The notes under the pieces are model-generated. The model was not told the DNA's origin and ran no database searches. It saw nothing but the letters and a program-made list of their open reading frames with translations. This document shows positions 38,223 through 50,389 of a stretch of DNA of 64,000 nucleotides, piece by piece (the first letter of the stretch is position 1; each line of letters begins with the position of its first letter). The DNA is from Squalus acanthias (lineage: Eukaryota), in NCBI GenBank assembly GCA_030390025.1, contig CM059431.1, positions 124,498,001 to 124,562,000 on the forward strand, written 5' to 3'. The translations under genes were made by a program, and so were the position numbers.

Positions 38223-40007
38223 AGTCCTTGGCTGCAAGATTTAGGCACAGGTCTCTACAGGCCGAGATTCAAGGCTCCAATGACCAGGGTGTGGCTGGAG
38301 AGCAAGATCGACCCTCCCCTTCAAGAACTGGCTGGCGCCAGTGTGTCTGTGTTCCATCGCTAACTGACAGCACCTGCGCTGCGCCCGCGCTCTGAGGTAG
38401 CGCCTCGCTCCTCGGCCTTTGCGCCTTAAGAGAGGTGTGTAGTGCCTGATTTAGCGCTCCAATCAACTCCGGGGGCGATAATAGCCAAGTTTGCAGTCAG
38501 AGGCGATAATTAGCGCCAGGGGCTAAACTTTGCGCATGGCCGATAATCGCACCCCAAACGGGGCGATACTGAATTTTTCCCCCATGTCTTTTGTTATATG
38601 CATGCTGCTCATGTGTGGATGGGTTGCGCGCCAGATTCACGAGAAGGTGGTCAGCAGATAACCCTTGTCACCCAGTAGCCACCTTCTGGTTTGTCGTGAT
38701 GGCTGAAAAGTGGATGGTACAGCGACTGCCTCAGAATGAAGGCATCATGGCGGCTGCCAGGATACCGAGCATTGACTTGCATGATGTACTGAGTATGGTC
38801 GCACACCAGCTGGACATTGAGGGAGTGGAACCCCTTCCGGTTGCAGTACATCTCCGAGTTCACTTGCAGCGCCCGCAAAGCAATGTGTGTGCAGTCAATG
38901 GCACTCTGCACCATGGGGAAGCCTGCTATCCTGGCAAAGCCGTTCGCTCACTCCACCTGCTTCTCTCTGGCAAAAATCACCTCTCTTTGCAAACAGAGCC
39001 TCAGTGACCTCCCTTATGCAAAGGTAAACGGCGAACTGTGAGATGTTGCAAATGTCACCTGTTTTAGCCTGGAAGGAGCCCGACGCATAATAATTCATAG
39101 CCAAGCTCACCTTCACAGCCACTGGCAATGGCGTCTTCGCCCTACTCTGAGGCTGCAGGTCTGCCTGCAACAGGCGGCAGATTTCAGCGAGCACCTTCTT
39201 AGCAAAGTGGAGACATTGCTCTGTTCCTCACTGAGTTTGAGGTGGAAGAAGTGTTCCCTGAAGAGCCTGGGTAGATATGGCCTCCTGCTGATAGCCCTAC
39301 TCCCCCTCCTCCCTCTTCGAGCAGCTTTTCCTCCTCTGTGTCGCCTCTGCTCATTGTCCGTGTCATGCTGCAAGCCAAGGGCGATAGAAACTGCAGCACC
39401 AATGTCTGGGAGCAAGTGGTCTTAGCAGAAGCCTTGAAGTAACCTCCCACACCACTCCCTGAACACTTTAGCAACTTCAAATGAGACACCAAACCAAGAC
39501 ACACCTCTACAAACTCACCAAGAGCCAGTAGAAAACAATCAGCAACTAACATGAAAGCAGGCGATGATCCCTTTAAATAGCATTGGTGAGGGGTCCTTCC
39601 TGCTGTTGCTGAATGCATGTTTAGCTGTGGAAGGTTAGCTCAAGCATTGAGGTCGAAAATGGCAGCGCTGGCGGGACATCACGATCTCGTACTCTGCATA
39701 CTTCTGGTGCATGCTCCCGCCGCCGATCCAAACAACCTCACCAAAATGGCGCCCGGCACGGCCCACACTAGAAGTGTGCATGCGCTTCTCGGACAGCATT
39801 TTAGACACAAAACAGCAGCCGTAATGCCAAAAAATCGGGAGCTATGGAGCTGCATTTCTAGGCCATTATCACATTGCTGTTATTTGGAACTTGCTGTGTG
39901 CTAATTAGCTGTTGTATTTGCTTACATAACAATGGTGACTACACTTCAAAAGCATTTAATTGGCTGTATAGCGCTTTATGATTTTCTGAGGATGTGAAAG
40001 GCACTAT

Positions 40008-40887
40008 GGGGGAAAAATTCAGTATCGCCCCGTTTGGGGCACCATTATCGGCCGGGCGCAAAGTTTAGCGCCTGGCGCTAATTATCGCCTCTGACTGCAA
40101 ACTTGACTTTTATCGCCCCTGGAGGTGATTGGAGCGCTAAATCAGGCGCTACACATCTGTCTTAAGGCGCAAACGCCGAGGAGCGAGGCGCTACCTCAGA
40201 GCGCTGGCGAAGCTCATGTGATGTCAGTCAGCAATGGAACACAGACACACTGGCGCCAGCCAGTTCTTAAAGGGGAGGGTCAATCTTGCTCTACATCCCC
40301 AACTGCTCATTGCAGCCTTGAATCTCGGCCTGGAGAGACCGGTACATCAAATCTGTTGGAAAGAACAATGGAGTGACCCAGGGAAAGAGCTCAGACTGCA
40401 GCCCCCATATTCTCTTCTAAATCAATGCAAGGAAGATCAAACCAGAAAGAACCTGCAAAGTGCTGCTCAGTACCCAAAACTCCTCAACACAGCTTTGAAT
40501 ATCTCCTGCAGTCTCTCTCTCTCACTCAGAATGCGTAGTGCAAAAATTTCGCCGACAAAAAAAGGCAGGAAGCGGTCGCCTTTAAATAGCGCTCCCCCAG
40601 TCCCTTCCTGACTGCAAAATGCTCCCCTCAACCTGTTGTTGCTAGCGGCAGGCAGTAAGACAGGGGGTGCCACTCAATATCCGGTCTGGGGCGCTACACT
40701 CTCGACTGACGTCATGATCGGCCGGCGCAGGAGATTGTGGCGGTAATGTTTAGCGCCGCCGCAAAATGTCTAGTTAATTTCGTGAACGGCGCAAACATCG
40801 CCGCGCACGGGCGCTAGTTGCTTTGCGCCCCATTAGCACCCTCTTAAGGCGCTAACAGGAGGCGCAATCCAACTGAATTTTTCCCCC
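40008..40887 (-). mobile_element. 880-bp internal-deletion derivative of the Harbinger C family, inverted
   Basis: Same TIRs; TSD TAT; ends match about 38220-38583 and 34473-34860. Confidence 0.92.
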
Positions 40888-41054
40888 TATATAAACATAA
40901 GTTTGTTCATTCTTTCTCTAGTTTCCTGACAGTTTTGGTAAACTCATTCATGAAACCACCATCTATTCCTTTAATCCAGTCCTGTTGGAGTCCCAGATCA
41001 CCTGATTTTCACTTCTCAGCTCCATGCTCACCGACATCATTGGCCTAACTCTGT

Positions 41055-41210
41055 GGCTGGGAAATTCCTTGGAGCTGCTCCCGCTCCACCACCATTACTT
41101 CACTGGAAATGCAGCGGGAACCCTGTTTACATGCATAAACAGAGCTTCTGCAGCACTTCCAGCAAAGTAACACTGGCAGGTCAGGAGCAGCTTGAAGGAA
41201 TTTCCCAGTT
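41055..41210. mobile_element. Small palindromic MITE
   Basis: Arms CTGGGAAATTCCTT..AGCTGCTCC / GGAGCAGCT..AAGGAATTTCCCAG, with imperfect pairing continuing to the centre. Confidence 0.7.
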
Positions 41211-41679
41211 TACCTTTCAGCATTGTCCCTATTTCTTTCAAAACTGCCCTTTTCACTCATCACTTAAAAACTTACCCTCAACTTTTCTATTATCTCTAAG
41301 TACTGCTCTACCTTCAACCTTAATTTCCTCTCTAAAGTTCTGGAATGCATTACTACCTCACAATTTTCTTCCTATCTCACCCACCGTTCAATTATGAGTA
41401 CGAGATCAAGGTGAGCACTGCCTCTCATGGCTTCCCTTACACTCTGAGTCCTGAAGCAGTCGTGCAATATATTTAGCAAATCTGACTCTAGACCAGTTGG
41501 GTTTCCCCAATATATTTTAGGTTGAGTAATCTTACCCTTTACAATAACTTTACCATTCTAACACTCCTTTCATAACAAACTGTCCTCCTTCTTGTGATGA
41601 TATGGTGGTCTGTAGCATACCCGAGCACTCAGCTAGATTTTTCCATGTTAAAAAATTGTATCCAAAGTAGTTCTTTCAG

Positions 41680-42878
41680 CACTTTGGTCGGAAAAATAGA
41701 AAAGCAGAATATGTTTTAAATGGTGATAGATTGGGAAATGTTGGTGTTCAGAGGGACCTGGGTGTCCTTGTACACAAATTACTGAAAGATAACATGCAGG
41801 TACAGCAAGCAATTAGGAAAACAAATGGTATGTTGGCCTTTATTACAAAAGGTTTGGAGTATAAGAGTAAAGAAGTCTTACTGCAATTATATAGGGCCCT
41901 GGATTTAAATTCAGTTAATTAAATAAATCTGGAATTTAAAAAAAGCTAGTATCAATAATGGTAACCATGAAACTACCAGATTGTCGTAAAAACCCATCTG
42001 GTTCACTCATGTCTTTTAGGGAAGGAAACCTGCTGTCCTTACCTGGTCTGGCCTATATGTGACTCCAGACCCACAGCAATGTGGTTGACTCTTGACTGCT
42101 CTCTGAAATGGCCGAGCAAGCCATTCAGTTGTACCAAACCACTGCGACAAAGTCAGCACTGTGGAAGTAACTTCACCACAAAGGATGGCATTGATTCAAA
42201 AAGTGGCTCACCACCACTGTCTCAAGGGCAATTAGCGATGGGCAATAAATGCCAGCCTTGCCAGCGTGCCCACACCCTATGAACGAATAAAAAAAACATA
42301 GGCTCTTGGTGTGACCAAACCTGGAGTACTATGTATAGTTTTGGCCTCCTTACCTAAGGAAGGCTGTACTTGCCTTAAAGGGAGTGCAACAAAGGTTCAC
42401 CAGACTGATTCCTGGGATGGGGGGATTGTCCTATGAGGATTGTGTAGACTAGGCCTGTATTCCCTAATGTTTAGAAGAATGAGAGGTGATCTCATTGAAA
42501 AGTATAAAATTCTTATGGGGCTTGACAGGGTAAATGCTGGGAGGATGTTTCCCCTGGCTGGAGACTCTATAACTAGGGGTTACAGTCTCAGAATAAGGGG
42601 TCAGCCATTTAGGACTGAGATGAGGAGGAGCGACTTCACTCAAAGGGTTGTGAATCTTTGGAATTCTCTACCCCAGAGAGCTGTGGATGCTCAGTCGTTG
42701 AGTATATTCAAAGCAGAAATAGTTGTTTTTTTAATATTAAGGGAACCAAGGGATATGGGGATAGTGTGGGAAGGTGGAGTTTAGGTAGAAGATCAGCCAT
42801 GATATTATTAAATGGTGGAGCAGGTTCGAAGGGCCGAATGGCCTACTCCTGTTCCTACTTCTTATGCTCTTATGTTCT
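41680..42878 (+). mobile_element. CR1 3' fragment split by a SINE
   Basis: VQRDLGVLVH..LQLYRAL, resuming after 42297 with FRRMRGDLIE; TTCTTATG tail. Confidence 0.88.
41899..42296 (+). mobile_element. 5'-truncated SINE of the same family as 29110-29484
   Basis: Body CTGGTTCACT..GGGAAGGAAA..GACTCCAGACCCACAG; LINE-derived tail and poly(A). Confidence 0.85.
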
Positions 42879-43672
42879 TTCAGTTACTTTCCCTGCCCTC
42901 TGCATCAACTTCATTTACCTGTCAATTTTTCCTGACATATATGCCTATATATATGCATATGCCACCTTTTTGTTCTGTCCTTTCTGTACACTCAATACCC
43001 CTGAATATTAAATTAATTTCCATTCCCTGGGGTTTGCCATGTTTCTTCCACAACAGCCTCCAATTCTACCGTCTTATTTCTAATGCTTCTGGTGTTCTTA
43101 ATGTTGATTTGCCTTCTTTCACGTCTCCCAGTGTCAGCTTATTCCTCAACTCCTGTACATGCCTAATATTCAGATAAATGTAGTTGATCATGAGGGAGAG
43201 GCTAAGCTACTGAAATAACTACTTTGGATAATTGTGGGGTCAGCATTAATTCTCCTTTGGCCCCCCCAAAATAATTTAAAAAACTTTTACTTATCGTTAT
43301 TTGAGTGGCCACTCTACACCATGTACCAATGGGCAGAGCAAGTGCTATGCATGTTTCACCCTTTGGTATCTGAAAATTGCATTGGGTCCTACGTACATCG
43401 TAGGACCTTGATTTACCAAACTTAATAATCACGCAGGCGCTCTAGCTACGTATTTCTTGGCCTGGATGGAAATGGTGGCGGGCAGATCGGCAGCAGGAAT
43501 GAAATGCAAAGTAGTGCATTGCCATTTTTCCTCCACTATTGTTCCATTATCGCCTGAAAACAGGGAAAAAGTTGGCTCCTATGAAGCAAGTAAAAGCCAT
43601 TTTATCATCAAGCCATTGTCTTCACAGACAAAATGCAATTTTATATATTCTGGTCTCCAGCCAACATACTCA

Positions 43673-43864
43673 GGGAGAAAAATTCAGTTGGATTGCACCT
43701 CCCGTTAGCGCCTTAAGAGGGCGCTAATGGGGTGCAAAGTAACTAGCGCCCGTGCGCGGCGATCTTCGCGCCGCTCACAAAATTAACTAGACATTTTGCG
43801 GCAGCTAAACTTTGCGCACGGCCGATAATGGCGCGCCAAACGGGCGATACTGAATTTTTCCCCC
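43673..43864 (+). mobile_element. 192-bp MITE of the Harbinger C family
   Basis: Same TIRs; TSD TCA; about 130 bp of left end fused to about 60 bp of right end. Confidence 0.92.
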
Positions 43865-44078
43865 TCAGTGTCTTAAGGGAGGCACATATGTGCCTGTAAT
43901 TATCACTATGACCTTCAATCATGTTCTTAAACCTTCAATCCTGTTCTTAAACCTATATTTGCTCAACTTGTTTTCTTAAAGGAACTAATCAATGTGGCAT
44001 TAAATACTTTTCCTTGAATTCTATTCTATATAATCACTTCCTATAATTTTTATTTCTAATTTCTAATTGTGAGATATA

Positions 44079-44928
44079 GGGGGGAATTTTCTGGATCCCA
44101 CTGTCAACCCGCCGCCATGCGCCTTTCCCAAATGTCGGGTCTGTCAGCGCTGAACAGACCCGACACGCAGTGCTGGGGGAGGCAAGTCAGGTCATTATGC
44201 CCTGGTTAACAGAGCATTCTGAATTATTTTCAGCTCACCTTCAGAGTTTGCCAGGTCACCCACGGGGTCTACGCTGCTCGGGGATCATGTTAGGTAAGCA
44301 GGACAGGAGTTGAATAGTCATGGAATCATCTCATTACTTGACAGCTGCAAATGTGCTATAAAAGCTCCCATCTCACAGCTGTTCACTTTCCAAGCTCAGA
44401 AGCTGTTGCTTACTGCATTTGGAAGACAGATTGAGCTTTATGCAGGTTACAAGTGTTTGGAGCAAACTCTCTATCCAGTGTCACCTCTTTGGAACAACCT
44501 CTCTCACCACTGACAGATCGCTTCTGTCATCTCAAGTTTACCTGTCATCTATTACATCAGCATCAGTGCCCTTGAAACTATCTCACCTTGGTCCTCAGAA
44601 CCCCACCACAATCAGCCCCAACACCAGCAGCACCAGGCACACCAGCAGCATCAACAACAACACCAAACTTCTCCACAATCAACTGATGCTGCACAGGGCA
44701 TCAGCACCTGACCATATTGCTGCCCGAGAGGCCAGAGCTGGCCTCACCATGGCCAGATTTACTTCACTTGATGCTGTACACCCTGGCTGTCACATGATGC
44801 GCCAGATTGGCACCACCCCACACCAACACCATAAAACATCCTTACAATGCCCAAGCCATTCCTTTCACACTCATCACCATTGTGGGGCTGGGTACCGTTA
44901 TGTCTCACCATTCACTGCAATTTACTAA
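44079..44928 (+). mobile_element. Truncated Harbinger derivative related to 51620-53291
   Basis: Left TIR GGGGGGAATTTT; internal segment nearly identical to 51861-52315; right end replaced by a LINE fragment. Confidence 0.8.
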
Positions 44929-45095
44929 GTCCTGTGCTGCAACTTCCCCAGGTTGGCACCTCAATTTTAGGTACTCCTGGCATGCTCTTCTGCACTCCTC
45001 ATTGAACCAGGGTTGGTCGCCTGGCTTGATGGCAATGGTAGATTGAGGGATATGCCTGGCTATGAGGTTACAGATTGTGGTGGAATACAATTCTG
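44929..45095 (-). mobile_element. Internal LINE ORF2 fragment (EN-RT linker)
   Basis: ARHIPQSTIAIKPGDQPWFNEECRRAC (PWF motif). Confidence 0.7.
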
Positions 45096-46819
45096 TGCTG
45101 TAAATTTTATGTAATTTTATACTAAGAACATTATAATAAAACTTGCATGTAAATGGAATAAATGTTAAAGTGACTAAGCAAACAAGTGCAAGAAAGTGCA
45201 ACAAAATCCTGAAAGTTCTGGCATGAGACCCCTAACTTTCTTAATGCTATTTGATGTCATATGGTGAATGTTTGCTTTAAGAAGCAATGATACATTGCTG
45301 TTCTGGGAACCACAAATACATACATGCTCAGTAAGACTAAAGAGGAATCTGCAATGAGATTTGGACCATTCTGCAGCAGACTGTTTTGTATATCAGTCAG
45401 GAGAATAAAAGTTCTTGAAGTTACATTTTCTATTGTGTTGTTGAACTCACCAACACAACAAGCTGAATCTTGGGAAGGAGATCTACCTGCTCAGGCAGGA
45501 GCTGGGTGCTGAAGAAAAGGGACGCTCAGAATATTAAATTTTCTTACCTGAAATGATGCCCAGTCTATATAACTTAACTCTCTCAAACTTGGAAAGATTG
45601 CAACCAAAGAGAAAGAGAAAGGGAAATAATACAAACAACACAGGGGGTTATGTGTTGTTCCACACAGCAGCCATCACTTCTTATTCAACAAATTATTTTT
45701 TCAGTGAAGCTGCTGAACGATGGGAAGGATAATACATAGTAGGGAAGCAGACCTCCATGGTTAATGATACATTTGCAAATGGTGACACAAATAGTTCCTG
45801 ATTCACCCTTCATGTAGGCAAGCTCAAACAATTCTATTAGAAAATTAGTTGATGTGAGACTGACTTGACATTGGCCAAGTTAGACTGCAATCCACCAGAA
45901 TATGATGACAAAAGTGAGAATAACCTTAGAAGGCAGATGTACTGGTTCTAAAAATGTACTACGTTTATCTAAATTACATAATGTACTGTGCTTTAACAAG
46001 TACGATTTCAAAGGAAGTCATGCAGGAAAGAAAAGAAAGAATTGCATTTATATAGTGCCTTTCATGAGCTCAGGATTTCCCAATGTGCTTTACAGCCAAT
46101 TAAGTACTTTTGAATGTAATCACTGTTGTAATGAAGGATTTTCAGGAGTCTTAATTCTCTACATTTAGTACTGAATGGGGGAGAAACTGAGCAAGTATGC
46201 ACCCAAGGAGCCCAACAGATAGTGAGGTTAATGGTGGTCATGTTTTACAAAACCTTCCGATATCAAGTATGCATGAGCTCACGTCAGGCTGTGTCTGAGT
46301 TGAGGGGAGTCATAATAGTATCCGAAATATAGGAGAATAGCAGCATGGAGGAGAAAGGCTTGAAGTGAAGGCCTGATGCTCAAGAATTTCCTGGACTTAG
46401 AAATGTGCTGCGAAGATAATTGCAACACAGAAATTTAAGATACAGATGACAAAAGGCCTACTCTTGAGGGAAGAATACTAAGTAGCTTCAAGGATAGAGA
46501 CCTGAATTGCACGTTGCTAGATGTAGGTAAGTGAGAGGATGGAAAGTAAAAGTGTCAGTCAGAATCACTGATAAATGAAAGATTGAAACTGAGAGAAATA
46601 CATTGATCCTGAAATTCTGTCTGTGGAACAGGAAATAAATGGAATGCTGAAACAACCAGTACATCATGACCAAATAAAGTGAAGAATAAAGGGAAAAGCA
46701 GCACAGAGAGGAGGTGGTTGCTCAGAGAGATTCAGAATAGAAAGTGAAGTGATGGCTAAAGAGAAAGAGGAAACCGGTGCAGCGAAAAGGGCATACCTAT
46801 TGCCAGGTATGAATGTTGA

Positions 46820-47200
46820 ACAGCCAAAGATGTTATGTATGGGAACTATGGGTAGACATTGGTCTTCAATCTCTAGGACCTGGTTCAAATTCAGCCCAGA
46901 TTGATGGGATGAATGCCTTCTCTGTGTGCATGTTCTATGTGAAATGAGTTTGGGTAGTTTCAATTCAGCTTTTAGTGGGCATGGGCTTACAGAAGAAAAC
47001 TGTCCATAATTTGGCACTAATTAGCAATCTTACTCAGCAAGGTCACAGGGAAATTTAAAAAATGGCACACTGGTGCAGCTGGGGTGCTCATCTGAAGTTC
47101 AGCTAATGCATGTTGTTGAAGCAGAATGGAGAAAGCATTCCTCTGCATCTGGCTGTGATATCCCCTATGGGAATGTTTGATGCTGAGGCTGTGTAGGAGA
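46820..47200 (+). mobile_element. LF-SINE-like ancient SINE
   Basis: Box B GGTTCAAATTC, then CTATGTGAAATGAGTT..TAGTGG..AATTTGGCACTAATT, resembling the LF-SINE consensus as recalled; not verified by alignment. Confidence 0.55.
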
Positions 47201-48306
47201 AATGGCCTAAACGTACCCTAAAGATGAAAAGGGGTGCCCTAAAAATGGTGTTTTCAACAATCCTACTGGACTGTGAGTAATGCAGCAGATTCAGGGCTGC
47301 AGACGCATTCCGTGGTCAGTACGTCTCAGGACGTTGATGACTGAAGAGTAAGGCCACGTCTGGCCCAAGATGCTCATACAGATACTGATCTACAAGGCAC
47401 CTCATGGATCCCAACCCTCGGGTACCACCTGGAAGAAGCAGGTAGGAAAGCACTTAGAAACATCAAAGGGAAGCACCGTAGTGTAATGAACCAATTGTGT
47501 GTATGGTTTGGATGTACAAATAATAAATGTGGATTTCCCAAGCAGCTGATACTTCAGCTATAGGTACTGATTGTTATTGAAGATGTGCAGTGGTTGGTAA
47601 TGGGAGCTATTTATTTTGAGGTGACTATGTAGGCAGTAGTTAATGGTGGCAAGGAGTGGGAGGCAGTGTGTATGTTTCAGAGGGTTACAGATGTTAGGGA
47701 GAAGACATCCCTAATAAGGTTGTTTCTGATGTTTCATACTGTAGGTTGTTCTCCTCAACAACCTCTTGTGGGCCTTCTGAATGGGGATCTTCTCCTTTTC
47801 CCTGTTCCATCACATTTGGTTGCCCCTTTAGTTGCTGCAGTTGGATGCATCTGGCTCAGGCAAAATTAAGGGGAATGCAGCAGACCAATATAATTCGAAT
47901 AACTTGACCAGGAGCATATTGCAGATCCCCTCCAGATCTGTCTAGTAGAGTAGGTCAAGTGGCCTGTCCATTTTTGCTGCAAGCCTTTCAATGACATTGC
48001 TGTATCAATGGGTTGTTTTTCAAGGTAAGAAAGCAGTTTGTTTTTAATTGAGATAGTTGCTAATGTGTAGAGACACAGAGCTCCTCAAGCAACTCTTAAT
48101 ACATTTGAAGCAAGGAAAGCTTCTTTCAATTTTTACTGTTGTCACTGGCCTTGCGGCTACTAAGCAAGAGAAGAAGTATGCTTCCCTCAACACATCATGA
48201 AACTCAGTCTCACTCTTTTTTGATACGGATGATTTCACAGAGCATTCCCGAAACTGACTGTCACTGAAGATAACGCCAAATTCATTCTTCAACCATCCCA
48301 ATCAAA

Positions 48307-50389
48307 GGCCGCAAAATTTGGGGGTGTAGCACTGGACATTAAGGCTGCTTTTGCTGAAAAAATGGCAGTCGCCTCGCTTCCAGCATGGAACATGTAAATA
48401 TGCAGATTGTGACGTCAATCGGCATGCAATGCCTGAATTGATGCATGACTGTGATGTTGGACATCGCCGTTTCCCACGCTGCCCTCTCCAAACCACGCAT
48501 GGAAGAACGTGTATGCAGCAGTACTACAGAGACGCTGCCAGCGCTTCTTAAAGGGAGACACACATCTTTCAGGTAAGTTTCGATTTTAGCTTTTGGTCTT
48601 TTTATTTACATTTTATTGTAGTAGTGGCTTGGTGCAATACACTTAAAAAGTTCTTAAAGTGTGCAGGGAGTTCAGGGAGTGCTGCTGGACACTTGCAAGG
48701 CTTTGGATGTTAAAGGAAAGCCTCTGAGAGCACCACTTGCTCAAAGTCCTGGGGGTTCTAGTTGCAGTCCACCTTGGTCTGCAACATCACATGGAGATCA
48801 AGGAGAGGCAGCAAAGGGGACAAGCTGCTCACAGAAGGAAGAGGAAGAAGCAGAAGAGGAGGAAGCTTAAGGAAGGGGGCAACCCAGACAGCCCCTTTCC
48901 GGCCGGGATATCCAGAATCAAATCATCCACTTGCAGTACCAGTGACCACAACCCCAATTCCCCTTTCAACGTTTGTCCCACACATTACCTTCCCTCTGTT
49001 ACTGACAGTGTCCTCAGAATGCTGATATAAAAGCCACCACAAAGCAAACTTTACAATCCAACTTTATCTATATATGCTTCCAATATTACATCAAAAAATC
49101 AACTAATCACCCTTGTGCATTCCCTTTGTGAATGTTGTGTGTGTGCCTTTGCCTATCCTACTGATATTAGGCAGTGCCACTCCAGTGGCTGCAGCATGTC
49201 TGGTGGAAGGCTGCTGACTTTCAGTGGGGGGGACACTGCAGATGGTTTTGCAGGACGACCTCGAGGAATTGGTGGCTGGGAGTGTCAAATCGAGTGATGG
49301 TATTTCTTCATCTTCTTCTTTACTTTCCTCTCCCTCTTGATTGTCAACCACTGGTTGGGCAGGCTGGATTTCTTGTGTGTCTGAAATAAGGAAGTCACAA
49401 GGGTAGAGTTATGGTGAGAGGAGGGGGTAAAGCAACAGGAGCATGCTTACATCATGTGCAGCTTGTAATTCAGAAGATAATGGGATAAGGGGGAAGTGGG
49501 ATGTGAGAAGAAGGGTGACGTATGAGGATACTGGCATTTTTTTTCTTTCAGCCCTGCCACTGGCCAAAGGCTCAGCCATGCCCCTGCCAATAATGGCCAG
49601 CACCTGCTCCTCCAAGGGGGTTAGGTGAAGCTAGGAATGTGAGTTGTGCCTTGTGTTTGGTAGAGATTGTTGGTAGGTGAGTGATTGGGGGTCGTGCATT
49701 GAGCAGTGTGTGTCGCTAGTGGTGCAGTTGCTAGGAGACGGCTTTTGAAGATGCATTCACTGACCTTGACTACTCATCTGAGGTCATGAAACTTCTTTGG
49801 GCACTGGAGCCAGGTTCTCGGGCGGGGGGGGAGGCGGGGGGCGGGCGACACTGCTGGCAGTGATGGCCTCAGCGATCTGGTCCCACATCCTTCTTTCTGG
49901 AGGGCCTCCTGGACCCTTGTGGGTAGAGGACCTCTCTTCCAGTGTTGACTCCCTGCACAAAGTTCGAGTCGTGTGTGCAAGACCCTGGGTGCCCTTTTCC
50001 TGGACTGTTGAGCCATTTGTGTTAGTGCTGAAGCACTTTTACCATTTTTTTATTTGCAGAAGGCAGTTCAGCTTTAAGAGCTGCAGACTGCCTAGTTTGG
50101 ATGATTTTTTTTTGCAGAAGGCAGTTCAGCTTTAAGGGGTAGAGACTGCCTTGAAAACTAACAGCTTAGCTTTAAGGAAATGCAGCGTCACTCGAGCTAC
50201 GCGACTTTGGGGCTCCTGTTGAGCGCACAGCCTGTCAGCAGTGCGATAGTCGCTAGGCTGTGCACCAAAATCATTTAAATTAGTAGGCAGCACCAAATTG
50301 ATGTGCTGCCTGCGCTTTCTAAACAGACCGAGCAACTCTCGCATCGTGGAGCTCACAACCATTTTCGGGCCTTATCGAATTTCCTGGCC
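48307..50389. mobile_element. Harbinger D: deletion derivative with Myb gene remnant (50016-49103, minus)
   Basis: TIR GGCCGCAAAATT / AATTTCCTGGCC; TSD AAA; MAQQSRKRAPR..PRTWLQCPKKFHDL; C-terminus KGMHKGD* as in Harbinger B. Confidence 0.82.

Larger units (their letters stand above)
34473..38583. mobile_element. Harbinger C: young 4.1-kb two-gene transposon
   Basis: TIR GGGGGAAAAATTCAGT / ACTGAATTTTTCCCCC; 3-bp TSD (CAT or ATG, one-base ambiguity); CpG-rich ends. Confidence 0.93.
34143..39403 (-). pseudogene. Harbinger B transposase, split (39403-38587 and 34470-34143)
   Basis: PLPVAVKVSLAMNYYASGSFQ, MVQSAIDCTHIAL, NRKGFHSLNVQLVCD, PGSRHDAFIL; reads YNKRHGATWNLIEQTIGVL across the insertion site. 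Confidence 0.9.
31776..39864. mobile_element. Harbinger B: two-gene transposon hosting Harbinger C
   Basis: TIR GGGCTAAAAATG / CATTTCTAGGCC; TSD ATT; Myb gene on +, transposase on -. Confidence 0.85.
31507..40915 (+). mobile_element. One DeuSINE-like SINE split into three pieces (31507-31775, 39865-40007, 40888-40915)
   Basis: Joined pieces are collinear with the intact copy at 62100-62525. Confidence 0.8.

Noticed and set aside
45450..45590. Minus-strand splice-like signals (CAG/GTAAGA, TTG/GTGAGT)
   Set aside because: Segments are too short to separate from chance and give no recognisable product.
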